Positions 1-12,460 of a stretch of DNA of 64,000 bases are shown here, piece by piece (positions within the stretch are counted from its first letter, which is position 1; the number at the start of each line of letters is the position of its first letter). This DNA comes from Octopus vulgaris. Lineage: Eukaryota. A program made the position numbers and the translations under genes. The stretch is from assembly GCA_951406725.2 (NCBI GenBank), contig OX597838.1, positions 31,372,001 to 31,436,000 on the forward strand, in the 5' to 3' direction. Under the pieces are notes generated by a model. It was not told where the DNA came from. It worked only from the letters and a program-made list of their open reading frames with translations, and did no database searches.

Positions 1-382
1 CAGGTTTTGGTTTATGAGAAGCCTCCGTGGCTGAATGAATGGGGGTACAGAGTTCATATCAGGCTATTGGTGGTATGGATGAGAGACAAATCACTCTCAG
101 CCCTTCTCCCATAAATGGTGGAGGGTTGGTAAGGGCACTGTGGTCTGCAGTACAAACCGTTACACTCTTACCCATCTCCCAACAACAATGAACCCTTTAT
201 CAAGATCACAAGGTCAAAGATATTGAGCTAAAACAGACCCCCCTCAAACTGGGTGGTACATGGAGAGAAGGGACAAGCTGTAGCTGTACAGGAGTGTTGG
301 AGGTATTTAAAAACTTTTTTTCATTTAAACCCTAGGACTCATAAGACCAGTTACTCAATTTCCAGGTCACTGGTCTATTTAA

Positions 383-602
383 CCCTTTAGCATTTAAACC
401 AGCCATATCGGCCAAAGGTATTCTGCCTGTTTTATGTTCAAACTGGCCAGATCTGGTCTCTCACACCAACCCTACAATATCGTTTTAAAAATTAACAGCT
501 ACCTCATCAAAATCTCATGGCTACAAGATAATGCCTGATTAGTTCAAAACAATGTGGATAAAGAAGCATTAATTTTGGCAGAATAATGCGAACACTAAAG
601 GG
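383..602 (+). mobile_element. piggyBac-type MITE, family C (~220 bp)
   Basis: Starts TTAA|CCCTTTAGCATT and ends ...ACTAAAGGG. Same body recurs at 21777, 24528, 40383 (-) and 61018. Confidence 0.8.
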
Positions 603-605
603 TAT

Positions 606-790
606 TTAAGGCAGCAATTTTGAGCAGTGGACAAGTCAATAACATCAAGCCCAGAACTTGTAATTTATTTTATCAATCCAGAAGAGAAAGGCAAAGCTGA
701 CCTCAGTAGGGTTTGAACACAGAATATAGAGAGTCAGAAGAAACACTGCTAAGTACCTTGTCCAACGTGCTAATAATTCTGCCAACTCAT
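606..790 (-). mobile_element. tRNA-derived SINE family B, diverged copy
   Basis: Matches the younger copies at 19662 and 50017 (aaggcaaagctgacctcagtagggtttgaacacagaa...tgctaataattctgccaactc). Confidence 0.75.
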
Positions 791-1754
791 TGTACGAGAA
801 TTTTGCTATTTAGATATTAACTTTTTATAAAAAGATTAAGCTTAATATCATGACAAACTGCGTGTTATCCAGAGTTAGAACAGTAACCTACTTTTAGTTT
901 AAGCTATGTACTAAGGGTTGGGTCAATAACTCAGGTCAAGTAGTAACATATTAAATATTCGCTTATAGTAAGATGGTGCTGTGGTAAGTAGTTGCCCGTG
1001 TCGAACTAGTACCCGGAACTAAATTACTCTGACCTGATATTAGCATGTGAATAAACATTAAAAATTGAGGATGAAGAGTGAGTCATAGTGAGAGGGTGTC
1101 GGAGAAGTCTTAATAAAAAGAGCAATAGTTAGAAAAGTTTGAGAAGTATTGGACTCTTGAAAGCTTAAGTTTGTAAAAGGAACTTAGTAAAAATTACCAA
1201 TAGTTATTTCAACTGCGCACACACATACAAGATATAAAAGGCCATAAATTGATAAAATCAGAAAAGTGTACGATGAAGCACCAAACTAGATTGTTTCCAC
1301 ATACACTAATACAACTAAATTAACATAATAATGTTAGGCCAGTATAAGAAATATTTTGAAAAGGATTACAAAAGCAGAAACATAGATTGTATGTAATAAA
1401 CCATTAAATCGATCATTTCTGAAGAATACGCACACAATCTCCTTAGCCAATGATGAAGTCACTGACTTCACCCAATCTGCTAGAAGTAGCAGCTGAATTT
1501 CCTTCAAGTCACATGTCATATTCAACAAGACTTACACAGTAGATAGTGTAATCCTAGCCAGATTATGTCTGTGGCTAGATAGTCTATTGACTCTTGATCT
1601 GTTTGATTGTGGTTGAGTTGGAACTAAACAAGATCCCTTACTTTTAACACGCCAGCCTCTCTCCTACATTACAACGAATTTGATTACTGCAACAAGTATT
1701 CCAAGGTCCTCTGTAACCATTTAAAGCCAAGACAGAACTTCTATCTACAGGGTC

Positions 1755-1910
1755 TTAAAATGCTAGAAATAGCAGCCAAATCTCTCTCTCTCTCTCTCAT
1801 ATCACCACTTCTTAATTAAAAAGATTAATCGATAAGTTTGATAAAGAAATAGCTGGAATATCTCTGGGTATAGATTTGCTTCATCATAGCTGACCTAGGA
1901 TTAAACAATT
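1755..1910 (+). repeat. Unclassified interspersed repeat family F
   Basis: Pattern tgctagaaatagcagccaaatctc...gctgacct(a/g)gg(a/g)(c/t)taaacaa, also seen at ~5084, 25540, 31535, 37545, 41100 and 54160. Confidence 0.65.
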
Positions 1911-2134
1911 CCATTAGTTTCTCCACCACACACACATACGCCCTGGATGAGGCAATAAAACAAACAGGTCAATTATTCAAACTTGCCCAAGCATCATCAT
2001 CATCATGATACTGTTTTGGTCATTGGGGATGCTAGCAGCCCCGTGGACTGGTTTAAATTATCCAAAATATGTAATCTTCAACTCAGACATTATTGTTGTA
2101 AGTCCTAGGGCAAATAGTGATGGCTACCTACTTT

Positions 2135-2345
2135 CCAGGACATCTAAATGACTTAGGTTGCAACAATGTTCCTCCAGAACAGGATGCCAGTAAAGCAGGG
2201 TTACTCATATGCAGTTGAGTGGACTGGAGCAGTATGAAATATTTTGCTTCAGGGGAAAAAACACACACATGCACCACCCAGTCCAGCAACCAAAATTATG
2301 ATGTCACAGTTGTGAATGCAACACCCTTAGACACTTAACCACATA
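2135..2345 (-). mobile_element. tRNA-derived SINE family G, diverged copy
   Basis: gttgagtggactggagcagtatgaaat...cccttagacacttaaccac aligns with the copies at 13700 and 26330. Confidence 0.6.
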
Positions 2346-2427
2346 ACCTCGGTAATACAAGAATGAAAAAAGAATAAAAATCGATGGAAGCTGTTAATTT
2401 GTAGAAAAAGAATAAGAAGTTGTTTAC

Positions 2428-2536
2428 CTTTCAATAAGATTATGAAGGGCTTTGAAGAGAAGTGTCCGACATTCATAGGATAAGCCATTGTCCTTGTCTT
2501 TGTCTTTATCTTTATCCCAACAGCCTTTGTCAATTT
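2428..2536 (-). CDS. MED13: Internal coding exon (109 nt, phase 1 to phase 2) of Mediator complex subunit 13 (MED13/MED13L/skuld ortholog), N-terminal domain
   Basis: Minus strand has a long T tract plus ttccag|AA ATT GAC..., reading (E)[35 protein letters not shown](R), then AG|gtaaac. This matches human MED13 [23 protein letters not shown] almost residue for residue. Splice sites are canonical and there are no stops. Confidence 0.96.
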
Positions 2537-4587
2537 CTGGAAAGAACACAAAAAAAAAAAAAAAAGAAATTAAGATTTTAAAACAATAAAACTTTGCTAA
2601 CATAGAATATTTCTATCTCGTTGCTATGTTTATTGTCAATAAACAGGAAGTGAAAATAAGTACAACAGTTTTTATATTTACAAAACAATTTTTTGTTTTA
2701 TGTCTATAAGATATTTTATGAAAAACAAGAGAAAAGGGCAACAATGTCTTCCGAGAGAATTTGGTAAATGGAAATTGTGGGGGGAAGTCCGTTGTGCGTA
2801 TGCGTGTGTGTGTTGGGGGAGGGTGTATCAAAAAGATCAAAGTGTAGTAAACAGAACAAAATCATTTACTAGTAAGAAATTTTTCTGAGTCTCCATGACA
2901 TTATCAGAATTTCTAAAATAATAAGATAGGCAATATAGAAAATATGGTTCAGCACTCAAACAGAATAATTTACAAATACTTCAATGATTGATGCTTGAAA
3001 CTGAAAATTTCACCATGGCTGACCTACTTCTATCATTGACAAAAGCAGGTAAGATATTTTATAAAAGTGATGGTGTTCCATTAGCTGGAATTCGCCACCA
3101 GTTTATTGAACAAGAAACCACCTCAGCTCCCCACAATTGTCTTAAATGTCTATTTATATAGGGAACCAAAACACAAGAGCCTCGGTCTGTCATCAAACTA
3201 AGGTTCCTGTTCAGTCAACTGAACAAATATTGCTCATATTCAGAACAAACAGTAAACTACAAACGAAGAACACAAGAAGATAATAATACCAGCAAAACCA
3301 GTAATTTGTATCCAAAACAAGACACTCCATACACCGTATGATAAGTATAGACTTGGTGACTAATGATATGTCATCAACAAGAGCTAACTAGATGAAACTA
3401 CAACTTCCTTTTTCTAGGATCAGAAATAGAAGAATATATCATCTCTCAATGAGGCATTATCCCAGATACATATGTTAGAACTTAAAAACTCACTGCAGCA
3501 TGAATAAAGCAAATAGCATCGTACAGAAGGGGGAGGAGCAGGAACTGTTGAGAAGAGAGTGGTGTTAGCCTGGTTGCCTACACACTGGTTTATTTACTTG
3601 GCATAGGGAAAATATCAATTTATCTTTCAGAGGTTCTGTTCCACATTGCAAACGGTAATACAGAAATGGAATGGAAGATATGAGAGAAAAGAAATAAAGT
3701 CTTGAAATTATGATTAGAAAAACAAAGAAGAAAAAAAGGGGGGAAAAGGAAAACCTAAAGACAGCATGCCAGTTATCTAGCATAGAGACAATTGCAGTCA
3801 TGTGGAATTTTACAATTATTGCCATATAATTCCAATATAAACTTGGGGAAAAAAAGGGGGGGGGAGATGAAAGAGACAGTGGAAATATATTGATTCTCTG
3901 AGCAAGTTAAAGACAAAATTAATGCAACATTAAAAGGGGGAGGGGGAGAGAAAGACAAGCTAAGTATTGGTTTTTCTGCAAGTCTTCACTTATTTTTGTT
4001 TTAATTTTCTTTTATAAATTAAACTGTAGATGTGTTTCTCTAAGCAATTCAGATGTCAATCTTATTTGGGCTTGCTTATACTTCATAAAATTGTATTCAA
4101 TTTAGTTTGCAAAAATAATTCCAATAAGTGTTTTGTGAAATTAATTATTCCTTATTAATTCATTCTTGGTAAATGAATAAAAACTAAATATTTTCTTATT
4201 TTACTTATTTTTGTAAATATTTCAATTATATACACAAAAATTATAAACTTTTACTACTTATTTTTAAATTTATTTAAATCTATTATGTTGTTCTTGTTTA
4301 GTTTCTGGAAAGGAATATAAAAGCGGCAAATGCCCTAGAAAATGGTAACATCCCTAAAATAAGACATATTGTCAAGTAAGCGTCACTAATTGAATGTAAA
4401 TATATACAAGACTCTGCAAAAAAAACTAATTGTATATTCAAAACATTGGAAATACATTAAAAAACAGAAAAACCATTAAATAATAGAATAAAATATTCTA
4501 CAAGATCCAATAAAACAATACTTTATCAGTCTGTCAGCCAATTCCATTAATACTCTGTTAACCAATACAAAAATAATAATAATATAA

Positions 4588-5040
4588 TGGTTTCAAATTT
4601 TGGTACAAGGCCAGCAATTTTAGGGAAGTAGGTAAATCAATAACATTGACCACAATGCTTGACTTATTTCTCTTATCAACTTCAAAAGAGCGAAAGGTGA
4701 AGTTGATCTCAGTAGCATCTGAACTCAAAATGTACAGAGCCAGAAAAAAATGCTACTAAGCATTTTGTCCAAGGCACTAAGAATTATGCCAGCTTGCTTC
4801 TTTATACTGTTTCAAATTTTGGCACAGGGCCAGCAGTTTTAGCGAGAAGGGAATTAATGAATTACATTGACCCCCATTTTTTGTTCCCAAAAAATGAAAA
4901 GCAAAAGTTAACCTTAGTAGAATTTGAACCCAGAACATAAATAGCTGAAAGGAAAGCTTCTAAGCATTTTGTTTGAGGAGCTCATATTGACCCCAATCTT
5001 CAGTAGGTATTTATTTTATGGACTCTTGAAAGGACTTTGG
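4588..5040 (-). mobile_element. Tandem stack of 2-3 SINE B copies
   Basis: Repeated gtttcaaattttgg(c/t)aca(a/g)ggccagca starts at ~4590 and ~4809, each followed by the SINE B body. Confidence 0.75.
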
Positions 5041-5083
5041 CAGTGACCAGGTGAATCAACAAAGACTGGGGGCATGCTATTAA

Positions 5084-5259
5084 TTGGCCTGCTAGAAGTA
5101 GAAGCTAAATCTCCCTCAAATCATACCCAGTTGTTTTAAAAAAGGAAAAGACACTTGAATATAGTAGTCTTAGTTACACATAGACACTGGTGCAGTGAAG
5201 GCTGCAACGCTTTTACTCATAGGTCTACAAGTCAGGGTAGATTTGGGGCTAAACAACAA
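5084..5259 (+). repeat. Interspersed repeat family F
   Basis: ggcctgctagaagtagaagctaaatctccctcaaatcatacc...ttggggctaaacaacaa. Confidence 0.7.
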
Positions 5260-5539
5260 GCTCGGTCATTCAACTGTTAAAATTCTACTCATAAATAAAT
5301 TTTAAGAACTAACAACTAACATTCCAAAGAAAAAGACAATAAAATCAAAAGGCGTATTATTATTATTTATCTAAATAAAGCAAATATTATGTATGTCAAT
5401 AAAACAAATCAATAAAATATTTTCAATGTTTTCAGATGATATTAAGAGAGGAAACCCAAAGGAAGTCTATTTTGATAATAAAAGAATTGAGAATGAAAGC
5501 GGGTTTTCAACAAATGCGTAATGAAGTAATTTAGCTGTT

Positions 5540-5547
<8 letters not shown>

Positions 5548-5598
<51 letters not shown>

Positions 5599-5638
5599 GA
5601 CAGAGAGAGAGACAGAGAGACAGAGAGACAGAGAGAGA
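5548..5638. repeat. (GA)n/(GACAGA) microsatellite
   Basis: Directly visible. Confidence 0.95.
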
Positions 5639-6367
5639 CTAGCCATCTCACTGGCTGGTCTAGCAGAGTGAGTTTAATCTCCTTAGAAGAACAACTATAA
5701 ATAACCAATGCCTGCTCTACTTATTTCTGTACCTCTGAACACTGGGACAATGCCAGAATGCTGTACATACTGAGAAATCTGTAATTATTCAAGTCATTAA
5801 TGTCTAGCTAATTAAAAAATGATACTCAGAGAAAAACAACTGAGGTTTTAAGTAAATACTGTGAAGAGCGAAAAGAAAAACATATTGGTTTTCAATTCTC
5901 TTATACATACACACATTAAACTAATTCTTGGATTTAGAATCAAATTTCAAAACTATAAAATAAAAATCTAGGGTATGCTGCTCCAATAACACCTTTAGTA
6001 ATAATATACTAGCAACTAAATAGTATCTTTTAGTCATTCATTAATATCCTCATCATCATTATTTTACATCTGCTTTTTACGCTGGTATGGGTTGTACAGG
6101 CCATGTGATCAGAGTCGGCAAATATTTGAAATCCTGGGATAGAAGACAACATTTTGCATTTCAGTTTTGATTTGATTTCTACAGCTAGATATTCTTCCTA
6201 ACACCTACTGCTTTACAAAATGTAATGGGTACCTTTTTTTTCCCCCATGGCACCAGCATTAGAGGGGTAGCCAGAACCACAACACCATACAATAATAATG
6301 ATATTTGCATTTGTGTCATGACTTACACAGGCTCAGTTTTGAATAAATAACGCTATTCCATTCTACC

Positions 6368-6574
6368 TGTACTCTCTTTTACTCTTTTGTTTCAGTCATT
6401 TGACTGTGGGCATACTGGAGCACTGCCTTTAGTCGAACGAATTGACCCCAGGACTTATTCTTTGTAAGCTTAGTACTTATTCTATCGGACTCTTTTGCTG
6501 AACCGCTAAGTTACAGGGATGTAAATACCAGCATTGGTTGTCAAGCAATGTTGGGGGGACAAACACAGACACAG

Positions 6575-6632
<58 letters not shown>

Positions 6633-6724
6633 GGCTTCTTTAAGTTTCCGTTTACCAAATCCACTCATAAGGCTTTGGTCGTCCTGAGGCTATAGAAGAC
6701 ACTTGCCCAAGGTGCCATGCAGTG
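6368..6724 (-). mobile_element. tRNA-derived SINE family A, 5'-truncated, with internal (AT)n
   Basis: Near-identical to the full copy at 32523-32900 (gtttcagtcatttgactg...gaagacacttgcccaaggtgcca). Confidence 0.9.
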
Positions 6725-6854
6725 TTCAATATAATTTTTTCAGGTTAATTACAATTCACACCAGGAGAAAGTCATATAATGTTTATAATTGTGCATTCAT
6801 ACACAAAGCGATTGCTTCCTCATACCTAAAAGTACGACAACACACCCTTTATTG

Positions 6855-7214
6855 TTTACCTTTTACATGCTTCAGTCATTGAAATGCAGCCAAGCTGGGA
6901 CCCCACTTTGAAACGTTTAGTCAAACAAATTGCACCTCCAGCATTATTTTAAAATCTGGTAATTATTCTAGCTGCCCCTTATGGCAAACTGTTAGGTTAC
7001 AAGGATATAAACAAACCAACATCAGTTGTCAAGTGGTGGTGGGGGAACGCACACACTCGTGCGCTTCTTTCAGTTTTCCTCTACCAATCCACTCATAAGT
7101 CTTTGATCAGCCCAGGGCTATAGTAAAAGACACCTGCCTAAAGTGTCATGTAGTGGGACTGAACCTAGAACCACATAGTTTGGAAGTAAACATCTTAGCC
7201 CACAACCACACCTA
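6855..7214 (-). mobile_element. SINE family A, older copy
   Basis: Diverged full-length body including the head (gtgggactgaacc...ccacaaccacacct). Confidence 0.8.
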
Positions 7215-8714
7215 CATATCTTGTATTGAGTTCTATTTCCCCTGTTTGTGCCTGTGTGTCTGCAGACCAGCCTTCATGTTCCACAGGCCCCACCCACCCA
7301 CTAGGAATACCCAGTGCTTCTTTATACAACTGCCATCCTTCATACCTGTATATATTTCTTTTTACTCTTATACCTGGTTTTGTTTTTTCTCAACTCATTT
7401 GTGCCCCACTGTTCATGTGTGTGTGTATACATACACACCCCTATGTGTACAGGGGGGGAAAAAAACAATGAAATCAAATGAACAGTGATACTCTCATCCA
7501 CTTAAGTGGACAATGAAAGGTAACTGGGGAAGTTTACTCAAGCCTGTTGAGGTTTTGCTCAAAGATAACCACCATCAAAAGGCTTTGGCTATTATTGTCT
7601 GTGTGAGACCTGGTTACATGGTAGGCCAATTCTAAAACACAGCAGGTAGTTTGGGCCTCACCGACTCCATCAATAAAATTTAACCAATTTCAATGAATTT
7701 CTCTGGCAAAAAATTTCAAACGCACACACAAACAGAGCTTCATAGTTATCAGTCATAAACAAGTGTAACCTGGTAGCATGTACCATGCTTTTTAGATGCC
7801 TATTTCAGTTGTAAGCCGACACAGCCACCCTTCTCAAACCCTCCCACCCTTAAAAGTAGAAACACTGATGGCCTTACAGCTGAAGGGAGGAAAAACTGCA
7901 CCAGTAAGCACTCCTGGATACTTATTTTCAGTTGAGTAGATGAGAACAAAGTGGAGTGAAACACCTTGCTCAAACTATGCCATCCAACACCCTAACCACT
8001 AAGCCTTGTGTCTTCACATCATCATCATTATTATTATTATACATGTCAATACTAACGATCACTTATTATAAACAGTTTTTATTTACTCTGATAATTAAAT
8101 GTATGAAACTGAACTTTTGTTACAAACACAACTAGCCTTGACACTAATTAAGAGTGAGGTAATGTGTGTTAAGAAGTATTATTAAAATCAATGATGTCTT
8201 TGTTGTATAATTCCAAAACAAATTGTTGAAATGGCAGATTTGTAAGAATACAGAGCAATAATCTGAGCCAAAACATTATCTGAGACTCTGAAAGGTAGTA
8301 GAAATTTAAAGCAGGCAACCAGTGATTGGTTCATTGAAAACCTGGAATAACTCCACTGTTCACAAATGATTTGACATAAAAATGGAAAATATTTTTAAAA
8401 AAAAAAAAAGATCAATATTCCAACAAGGTGTATCCAATAAAAAGAAGTTAATTAATGAAAAAAAAAAAATTCGAAACGATTTTTCGATAGAAGATAAAAA
8501 AACCATTAAAATCTCAGCTGGAATGCTCTGTTAGCTGATTTGGTATATTGGAGGATATATGAACAAAATATTTCTGTAGCTTTAAATCCACATCAAGTTC
8601 ATCTAAAATACCCAAAAGGTATTTTACGCATCAGAAGGGAACTACTTTGAAGGCGAATAAATGCTGAATTGACGTGTGTTGTAGTTTTCTTTTCATAACA
8701 CCAGTCACAATAAT

Positions 8715-8870
8715 TTTTGATCAGACCTCATACAATATTTGAATTCACCCTTCAACATTGTCTCAGATCTAAACTCCAACAGGAACAACTTTTTGCTCCT
8801 GTCATCCTGCCAAAAAAAAATAAGTACCAGTAATACAATGGTGTTAATTCTCTTCTGCAAAACTTGGCCG
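8715..8870 (+). mobile_element. Highly diverged SINE B remnant, antisense to MED13
   Basis: caactttttgctcctgtcatcctgcc...aaaataagtaccagt aligns to the SINE B core gactttgcctttcatcctttc...aaaataagtaccagt. Confidence 0.45.
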
Positions 8871-9241
8871 AATTTCTTAAAATTACTGTTGTAGCACACA
8901 TATCGCAACCAGTAATAATAGCTCTTCTTCTATCATTTATTTTCGATGTTAACACAAATATTTCCCTCCTACACATACCATCGCCACCGTACTTTCTCCT
9001 CCTTCAATCCCAGTTATGTCAGGTCAACTATTTATTATTCCTATTCCAAATTTCTTTATTAGCTGACATCTGTCCCCACCACCACCACCACTCGCAACAT
9101 TTGTTACAGTAGTTCTCATCAAATGCTTAACTTCAATATCATCTCCCTACCAGCTTTCAACCTCCTCCAACAAATAAAAAAACACCCCAAGAATGCATTT
9201 CCACTAGCACATCATCATTTTAAACAGTCAGTATCATATGT

Positions 9242-9258
9242 ACACACACACACACACA

Positions 9259-9317
<59 letters not shown>
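9242..9317. repeat. (AC)n microsatellite
   Basis: Directly visible. Confidence 0.95.
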
Positions 9318-9322
<5 letters not shown>

Positions 9323-10409
9323 TGTGTTTCAGAAGAAACTTCTCAGATCACATTATTTTATTCCATTCACATTTCTTCTTCTGTTTACTTTTATCCCCAC
9401 TTCTCTAGTTTCTATCACCTGTTTGTACGCCTTCCAAAAAAAAAAAAACCAACCAAATCCATTATTAATTCTAATTTAGTAATACATAAACATGCCACAA
9501 ATAGTTTTGATTCAATTTAAAAATCAAGGAATGATAATTCCTTGTTGTCCTAAAGCTCATGAAAGTATGCAATTAAAACCTCTCTCTCTCTCTCTCTCCA
9601 GCTTTGCCATTTAAACAAGTCACTGTAATAGCAAAGTTAACACTGCACATGACCCAATTGTCAGATTGCCTTCTCTCAACCCTCCACCCCAGAATTAATA
9701 TACAATGGGTTCACACAGTTCACATCATCTATCCCCTTAAGAGATTGTTTACTCTAAACTATTATTCATTAATGCTGTTTTAAGGAGATCTTTCTCAAAT
9801 CACAGCTTCACTTACGGTTGATGGCAACAAACAGAAGAAATAGATATTGAAAATGTCATCTAAATATTGATTCATCTTGTAGAAAGCCTAAAGACGTTTA
9901 GTCAGCATGAGGTGGTTGATGTAACATAGAGAGCAGTCAAAAACACGGCTCTGTATATCATTATTAATTGTGAAAAGAATTTGATGGAGCAGTGATAACG
10001 TTACACAAATACAACATGGCTCCACAGACAAATTTGTCAGTTGTCAACGTTGAAAGAATAATTGGCTCAGCACACTAAAAAGAAACTGTTTGCATTGTTC
10101 AAACAGGTATACACACACGAGCATAAAAAGGACAACACGGGAGGGGCACATTTTAACAAATGTATTAGTTTAACACCAACACACACACACACACACACTT
10201 TATATATTTATGTCAATAAATGTTATGTGCATAGGCAATGTTGCTACATCAGTTCTACAAGTTAGTTTGGCAACAGATGTAGCAAGCAAGGACACATCTG
10301 ATCAAACCAAATGAACAGGTCATTCAGAAATGCCATGCATTTATAGCCTTTACATTATTTTAAGTAGCAACGTGTGGAAGAGTAATTGGCAATAGAGGTT
10401 CAAGATGAA

Positions 10410-10630
10410 CCCTTTTGTGACCATATTTCTGTTGAGATGCTTTGTGTTTCTTTCAATTAATTTTAAATATAACAAAGAATTTAGTAAAATAACTTAGTTG
10501 TCATTAAGCTAGTGTTGGGAATACAAATTGTGACTAAGGTTTGATATAAGATTTTAATTCAGAACTTTTGAAAACAAGGCATTTGTACTACAGAGCCATA
10601 GGCGGTTTCAGGCGGGTTGGTATCAAAAGG
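10410..10630 (+). mobile_element. piggyBac-type MITE, family D
   Basis: TGAA|CCCTTTTGTGACC...GGTATCAAAAGGG|TTAA. Body shared with 22103 and 36472. Confidence 0.85.
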
Positions 10631-11042
10631 GTTAAGGTTTGTTACTTGTGGCAAAAAGGGATTCATTGAATAAAAGAATATATGTTCACCTTAAACATAA
10701 AGTACAACATAGTACAACAGTTCGTGAAAATATTATATAAAAACATACAATTTATGTGGACGGTTATATTTATTTGTATTTCTACTCAGGATTTAGCTAA
10801 CTAAATGACCTATCAATGTTTCAATAAGGGTATGATAGCAGCTGAATGTCTTTGATGAACAGGTCAGGGAAATGAATAGAGAGGGGTATATAAGGACATA
10901 GTTGTAGATGTGATACAACTACGAACATTATACACACACATGCATGCATACATTACACATACATGTATAATCATACATATAAACGCAATCAAACATTAAA
11001 CAGGAGAATTGGTCAGCATAGTAACATATCTGTGCATGTGCA

Positions 11043-11239
11043 TTTTACTCTTTTTACTTGTTTCAGTCATTTGACTGCGGCCATGCTTTAGTCGAGCAAA
11101 TCGACCCCGGGACTTTGTAAGCCCAGTACTTATTCTATCGGTCTCTTTTTGCCGAATCGCTAAGTGACGGGGACGTAAACACACCAGCATCGGTTGTCAA
11201 GCAATGCTAGGGGGACAAACACAGACACACAAACACACA
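11043..11239 (-). mobile_element. SINE family A, 3' half, young
   Basis: CpG-intact copy (gactgcggccatgc...gacggggacgtaaacacacc). Confidence 0.85.
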
Positions 11240-11289
11240 TCAACTCAATTTCACCTATACATACACACATCTTGTGTAGATTCCCTGTC

Positions 11290-12460
11290 AGTTCTTTGGC
11301 CAATTAAATACCTGCTCATTACCACCTAAACAGCAGAGTACTAGGAAGTGGACTACAGAGTCTGTTGTTATATATATCAGGACATTGAGAAACTTGGTTT
11401 ACATTATCGCTGTACCTTTAAAAATATTGTTGTTGACAAGTACAGGGACAAATACAGTTGTAGATCGCACACAACAAGAATCCTTTCTGATTGTACCTGG
11501 ACCAGACAACTGGAAAACAAAAGTATCTTTGACTTAATTGAGGTTATGCTTTGGCAGAAAAAGCCACGAAAGGTTTTCAGGCTTGGGTCTGGGTTCTTCA
11601 AGTAGAAAATCATGTAGCCTCTGTTAAAGTGGCCGGTGAAAAATCTTTAAAACTGAAGTAAAGGACCTCTAAAAGGGTTTTTTCTTGTGTCAACTGTACC
11701 TTGTTAGGGTCAGAGAACGCTAGCTCTGCAGGAATTTTTCACGACATAATCCTGCTCAATGTTCAATATTTCTTCACTGAAGCCTAAGCACGAGGGACAT
11801 ATTTCAAAGAACTAACCAGCAGTGATACTATAGGTCATCAGTGTTAAAAGACCATCGCTGACTTAGTTTAGTTGCTCACCGGATTTTTCTAACACAGTTC
11901 AGTTGACATGCACTTTTGAACCTCTCATTACTCAATCAACGGTGTATAACCTGAAGTTATGATATCAATGGTTGAAGTTAATAAAGAAATACTGTGAACC
12001 AGAATTCAAGGTAAAACACTACCTCTACTGACATTTCCTCATAACCTACTCCTGACACTTGTACAAATATTCCTCTCGATATTCCCCTTCCTAACAAACA
12101 TTCGTCTGCTAAAATACAATTCAGTCAGGTGTGTGGGTTTGCTACCTTGGCCTTGCTAAAAATTAATCCAACCAAAGCTTTCTCTAATCTATCACCAAAT
12201 TTTAAATCAGTAGTTATGAAATCTCATAAATTTAAATCAATGCGATACCAGCTCAGGGAAGCCATCATTGAGCCAAAGTGACTCACCATGGCGAACATGA
12301 GTACAACAAGTCGTTAACGGGTAATAGCAAAAGGAGGTTAGTAGTTGACTACAACAACGCTATTAATAAATTCCCCTACTTTAGATGCTTACCTGCTGCC
12401 TAATTTAGATGGCAGTTAAACAAAATATCTTCTTACAAGGTATTTATCATATTCACTTGA
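11290..12460 (+). mobile_element. Decayed Ty3/Gypsy LTR retrotransposon internal fragment (gag-protease-start of RT)
   Basis: Frameshifted translations: LREAIIEP, DSPWRT*, KRRLVVDY, AINKFPTLDAYLLPNLD, LNKISSYKVF. These match the Gypsy RT N-terminus (GIIEPS.SPW...R.. IDY...DAYPLPRI). Upstream RQLENKSIFDL is gag-like. No LTRs recognised. Confidence 0.8.

Noticed and set aside
870-1210. Possible LINE ORF2 remnant on minus
   Set aside because: Only a vague resemblance, with no alignable motif.
2327-2551. 74-aa minus ORF overlapping the MED13 exon
   Set aside because: Wrong reading frame. The MED13 match lies in another frame bounded by splice sites.
3015-3054. Plus-strand ATG...CAG|gtaaga mini first exon
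   Set aside because: No promoter context or downstream partner exon. Expected by chance.
8930-9030. Minus translation VDLT*LGLKEEKVRWRWYV resembling MED13 'DLTGIKWKKYV'
   Set aside because: In-frame stops, no splice sites and poor alignment. Coincidental.
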